64,000 nucleotides of DNA from Spirochaetota bacterium (lineage in GTDB: Bacteria; Spirochaetota; UBA4802; JAFGDQ01), in assembly GCA_043803405.1 (NCBI GenBank), contig JAZDKB010000019.1:128001-192000 (forward strand), in the 5' to 3' direction. Each line of letters starts with the position of its first letter. Position 1 is the first letter of the stretch. Below the pieces are notes generated by a model. That model had not been told where the DNA came from. It saw nothing but the letters and a program-made list of their open reading frames with translations, and ran no database searches. Below are positions 60,365 to 64,000 of this stretch, in pieces. A program made the position numbers and the translations under genes.

Positions 60365-60798
60365 ACCCGGTCTTTTGTTTTCTGGAGAATTCCTGCATTT
60401 ATTGTTTTGTGAGGATAATGCGGCACTTGAAAATGATTATACGAATCATTCGTATAATCATGCGAGAGTTTCGTCAAACTATGCGCGAGATGAAAATGAT
60501 TATGCTAATACCTAAAATATACTCATTTGGTGCTTTTTTAACATAAAATGCACTTTTATCGTATTTATTTTAGCTTTATTGGAGTAAATATATAGAATAT
60601 ATCAGGTTAAATCATAAGTGGAATAGTTTTACATTGACAGACCCCTTAAATATGCTAATAATTAGCGAAAACTTTCATTTAGATTTTTTAATATCAGGGT
60701 ATCTTTGCTGTTTAATACTATGTTAGGTTTAAAAATGCTTGATTTGTGATATAAACTGTAATAAATTGTACAAAATTCAGTAATAAATAAGGTACAAT

Positions 60799-61074
60799 AT
60801 GCAAAGATTAAAGCTTGACCAAGATATCCGACCTCTTTCAGAAGTCAGGACGGAAATTGCCAGCTGTATAAAGCAAGTTCATGATACAAGAAGACCATTG
60901 ATTATTACTCAACATGGGAAAGGTGTAGCTGTTTTATTAGATGTTCAGGAATATGAAGTAATACAGGAAAAACTTGAATTGTTATCTGATGTACAAAAAT
61001 CTTTATCGCAAATCGAAAATGGTAACGGGATAGAACATAAAAAAGCAAAAGCCATACTTATAAAACGAGTTTAG
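60799..61074 (+). CDS. Phd/YefM family antitoxin
   Basis: IRPLSE.R, PLIITQHGK..AVL..V.EYE. Confidence 0.92.
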   Translation: MQRLKLDQDIRPLSEVRTEIASCIKQVHDTRRPLIITQHGKGVAVLLDVQEYEVIQEKLELLSDVQKSLSQIENGNGIEHKKAKAILIKRV

Positions 61075-61076
61075 CA

Positions 61077-61373
61077 ATGAAAATTGTATGGTCTCCACTT
61101 GCCCTCGAAAGAGCTTCTGAAATAATTGATTATATTGCACAAGATAAACCATCCGCAGCAATAAATTGGATAGATATTGTCTTTTCAAAAGTTGAATTAC
61201 TTGCATTATCTCCAGAGATGGGTAGGGTTGTGCCAGAGATAGGGAATATTCAATTTAGAGAAGTGATTTATGGTAATTATCGAATTATTTATCGGTTTTA
61301 TAAAAAACAAATATTTATTCTTACTATCCGTCATGGAAAGCAAATATTACCAATTGATGAAATTTCATCATAA
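61077..61373 (+). CDS. RelE/ParE family toxin
   Basis: KIVWS..A...I.DYIA.D.P.AA, P..GRVVPE, RE...GNYRIIYR, I.H. Confidence 0.92.
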   Translation: MKIVWSPLALERASEIIDYIAQDKPSAAINWIDIVFSKVELLALSPEMGRVVPEIGNIQFREVIYGNYRIIYRFYKKQIFILTIRHGKQILPIDEISS

Positions 61374-61405
61374 AAATTGTTGCACTCTATTTCAGGTATA
61401 GAAAA

Positions 61406-61492
61406 GCTCAACATTTGTTCAAGTCGTTGCGCCATTAGTCAGTTAAACTCTATTGCCAGCACTCGCAAAAACCGCTGAGCCAACTGTTAAAG
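61406..61492 (+). other. attC-like recombination site (degenerate)
   Basis: GCTCAAC..GTTCAAGT..TTGCG...CGCAA..GCTGAGC..GTTAAAG. Confidence 0.4.
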
Positions 61493-61514
61493 TTCTTTTT
61501 CGGGAGTTAAGTAA

Positions 61515-62594
61515 GTGATAGTTGTATTGTTTATTCTGGGTGTAGTTTTGTTGCTGGTGGGCGGCGAATTATTAGTGCGTGGGGCGTCACGCCTTGCAGT
61601 CGCATTAGGTATCTCACCTCTGATTGTCGGGCTTACCATTGTAGCTTTTTGTACCAGTGCCCCTGAATTATCTGTTACCCTTCAAGCGGCCTATGCCGGT
61701 ACAGCTGATATTGCGCTGGGGAATGTCATTGGAAGCAATATTGCAAATATTCTATTAATTCTCGGTATAAGTGCAGCTATTATACCGCTGATCGTTTCAC
61801 AAAAATTATTACGAGTAGATGTGCCCTTGATGATTGGCATAACTGTTCTCCTGTATGTGTTAGGCCTGGATGGGAAAATCAGCCGTTCTGAAGGTTTCTT
61901 GCTTTTTGGGGGCATTGTTGCTTACGTTGCATATGCGATCTGGCAAAGCCGTCATCCGGAGCCGGGTGTACAGAAAGAATATGCACAGGAATATGGGGAG
62001 GAGCCTGCGAAAGCGAAGCGTCAATGGGGTCTCAACCTTTTATTTATTGGAATTGGCGTATTGATGTTGGTATTTGGTGCGACATGGCTGGTAGAAGGGG
62101 CTGTTGCCTTCGCCAAGGCATTGGGATTAAGTGAGTTGATCATTGGATTAACTGTCGTAGCTATTGGGACATCTTTGCCTGAAATTACAACTTCGATTAT
62201 AGCAAGTAGACACGGGGAGAATGATATAGCAGTCGGCAATGTTATAGGAAGCAATATCTTCAACATTTTGTCGGTCTTGGGAATAACGGCTATAATAGCG
62301 CCTGATGGAGTTCCCGTAGCCCGATCAGCATTACACTTTGATATACCAATCTTGATAATTGCCTCTATTGCATGCTTACCGATATTCTTCACCGGGCATC
62401 AAATTTACCGATGGGAAGGTCTCCTTTTTGTGGGATATTACATTATTTACGTCACCCATTTAGTTCTTAATGCGACGGCCCACGAGGCGCTTTTATTATT
62501 CGATAATATGATATTATGGTTTATTATACCATTGACGATTATAACGTTAATAATATATTTCTGGAGAAGCTGGCACATTCCTGCAAAACGATGA
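61515..62594 (+). CDS. Ca2+/Na+ antiporter (CaCA/YrbG family)
   Basis: Two alpha repeats TSAPEL..GNVIGSNI.N and GTSLPE..GNVIGSNIFN. Confidence 0.93.
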   Translation: MIVVLFILGVVLLLVGGELLVRGASRLAVALGISPLIVGLTIVAFCTSAPELSVTLQAAYAGTADIALGNVIGSNIANILLILGISAAIIPLIVSQKLLRVDVPLMIGITVLLYVLGLDGKISRSEGFLLFGGIVAYVAYAIWQSRHPEPGVQKEYAQEYGEEPAKAKRQWGLNLLFIGIGVLMLVFGATWLVEGAVAFAKALGLSELIIGLTVVAIGTSLPEITTSIIASRHGENDIAVGNVIGSNIFNILSVLGITAIIAPDGVPVARSALHFDIPILIIASIACLPIFFTGHQIYRWEGLLFVGYYIIYVTHLVLNATAHEALLLFDNMILWFIIPLTIITLIIYFWRSWHIPAKR

Positions 62595-62612
62595 GCAGTT
62601 CTTCATAGTAAT

Positions 62613-62650
62613 GAGCCGCCTGAAGCCGGCTTGCCCCGGGGAATTTTATT
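62613..62650. repeat. dispersed palindromic repeat copy 5
   Basis: GAGCCGCCTGAAGCCGGCTTGCCCCGGGGAATTTTATT. Confidence 0.8.
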
Positions 62651-62702
62651 TTCAATGTCGGCAGCGCAGTTTACTCTGCTGAATTTCAGGTTGAAAATAT
62701 TG

Positions 62703-62738
62703 TTGACGATTTATTTAAGTATGATATATTGTCATACT
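62703..62738 (+). promoter_or_regulatory. TA promoter with operator palindrome
   Basis: TTGACG at 62703; AGTATGA-N7-TCATACT (62718-62738). Confidence 0.65.
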
Positions 62739-62751
62739 ATAGGTAACTAAA

Positions 62752-62994
62752 ATGGCAGCTTCAAAAATAGCAATAACAATTGATAATAATATTTTAAAGC
62801 GCCTGGATCTCCTCGTTAAATCAAAGTTATACCCGAATCGAAGCAAAGCAATTCAGGATGCAGTTGCTGAAAAAGTTAAAAAACTTGAAAAGAACCGTCT
62901 CGCTTTGGAATGTGAGAAACTTGATCCTGAATTTGAGCAATCAGTCGCAGAAGAAGGATTTTCGGCGGATATCGAAGAATGGCCAAAATATTAA
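62752..62994 (+). CDS. ribbon-helix-helix (CopG-like) antitoxin
   Basis: KIAITID..L..LD..YPNRS.AIQ.AV; acidic C-terminus; overlaps toxin start. Confidence 0.9.
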   Translation: MAASKIAITIDNNILKRLDLLVKSKLYPNRSKAIQDAVAEKVKKLEKNRLALECEKLDPEFEQSVAEEGFSADIEEWPKY

Positions 62995-63314
62995 GAGGTG
63001 AAATATACTGGGCTGATTTAAATCCGGTAATCGGACATGAACAAGGTGGATTGCGTCCGGTTTTGATAATAAGTCAGGATGTTTTCAATGAAAAATCGGG
63101 TACAGTCATAGTTATTGCTTTAACCAGCCAGCCTCAAAAAGCCGGTTATCCATTAACATATCAACTAAACAATTTAAAACTGCCGAAGACTTCCTGGGTA
63201 AAAATAAGTCAAATCCGAACGCTTTCAATTCAAAGAATAGGGAAAAAAATCTCTAAAGTATCAGATAACGAGTTAAATCAAATTATTGATGGTTTGAACG
63301 AAATAATTAGTTAA
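62979..63314 (+). CDS. mazF: PemK/MazF family toxin
   Basis: RGEIYWADLNP..GHEQ.G.RPVLIIS.D.FN, QIRTLS..RI. Confidence 0.93.
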   Translation: MAKILRGEIYWADLNPVIGHEQGGLRPVLIISQDVFNEKSGTVIVIALTSQPQKAGYPLTYQLNNLKLPKTSWVKISQIRTLSIQRIGKKISKVSDNELNQIIDGLNEIIS

Positions 63315-63332
63315 TAATTCAGCGAGGCAAAT

Positions 63333-64000
63333 ATGATAATCAAATCTGGAATTTCAGCAGTAACAGTTTATAACGACAGGGCAGAGGTTACAAGAACTGC
63401 GTCGGAAAATCTTGATAAGGGCGAGCATGTGCTCATTTTCGATTTTCTTCCTGAATACATTGAACCGAACAGCGTGCAGGTTAGGGGCAGTGGGAACGCC
63501 ATGCTTAAGGACGTTAAATTCAAGACAGTGTATTACGAAGAGCTTCCGGACCCGAACGCAAAGCTCCTGTTCGATGAGAAGCTGAAACTGGCAGAGGCGA
63601 TCTCCGAGCTGGATGATAAGATCGCGCACGCTGAAAAAGAGAAGGGCTTTATTGAGGATATAGCAAAGCGCCTTACTGTTTCCACAGGCAAATCCGAAGC
63701 ATTCGAATTTAATCCCGATAAATGGATTAAGATGGTGGAATTCTACAGGATTAAAAACGACGAGCTCGATAAAGAGATACGCGCTGCAAACAAAGAGAAA
63801 AATATCTTAAAAAATAAAATGGAAAAAATTCTGAAAGATATTGCGGCGGTTGGGAGTACCAGGGAGAAAAGCAAAAACCAGGTTGAGGCGTCTGTTCTGA
63901 TGAACGGGCAGGGCGCTTTGATACTTGATCTGATATATATTGTGTACGGGCCTTCGTGGGCCCCTGTTTATGACCTGCGCGTTTCAACAGACAGCAAGAG
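63333..64000 (+). CDS. DUF4140/DUF4139 (MuiA-like) protein, 3'-truncated by window edge; absent from ORF track
   Basis: ATG 63333 after GAGG; MIIKSGISAVTVYNDRAEVTR...LP..I..NSVQV, coiled coil, SWAPVYDLRV. Confidence 0.88.
   Translation, partial: MIIKSGISAVTVYNDRAEVTRTASENLDKGEHVLIFDFLPEYIEPNSVQVRGSGNAMLKDVKFKTVYYEELPDPNAKLLFDEKLKLAEAISELDDKIAHAEKEKGFIEDIAKRLTVSTGKSEAFEFNPDKWIKMVEFYRIKNDELDKEIRAANKEKNILKNKMEKILKDIAAVGSTREKSKNQVEASVLMNGQGALILDLIYIVYGPSWAPVYDLRVSTDSK

Noticed and set aside
63354..63987. Minus-strand ORFs at the window end
   Set aside because: Shadows of the plus-strand DUF4140/DUF4139 gene that runs off the window

Overview
Low-GC bacterial chromosomal window. Gene content (dnaG-rpoD, tilS-ftsH without hpt, CheX, PilZ proteins, tRNA-Arg(UCG)) suggests a spirochaete, possibly Leptospirae-related; this taxonomy is an inference. 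Housekeeping genes (rpoD, folC, aroE, tilS, ftsH, recG, serS, panB) alternate with accessory blocks: a split YeeE/YedE transporter pair, a benzoate-CoA ligase divergent from a Na+/solute symporter, a kdpABC-DE locus, desaturase-ferredoxin, a membrane-bound CheA-like kinase with CheX and CheY, and two type II TA modules. The strongest hidden signal is an in-frame UGA at the conserved Cys of the first YeeE/YedE gene, followed 11 nt later by a SECIS-like hairpin: a probable selenoprotein that the ORF track truncates. Also notable are five co-oriented copies of a palindromic IS200/IS605-end-like repeat, a 15-bp inverted repeat pairing the panB -10 region with its RBS, an attC-like site after a TA module, a 29-bp-TIR MITE-like element, an uncalled 50-aa HTH ORF and a highly structured region at 39.05-39.7 kb. 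All product calls come from motif recognition by eye; no database searches were run.
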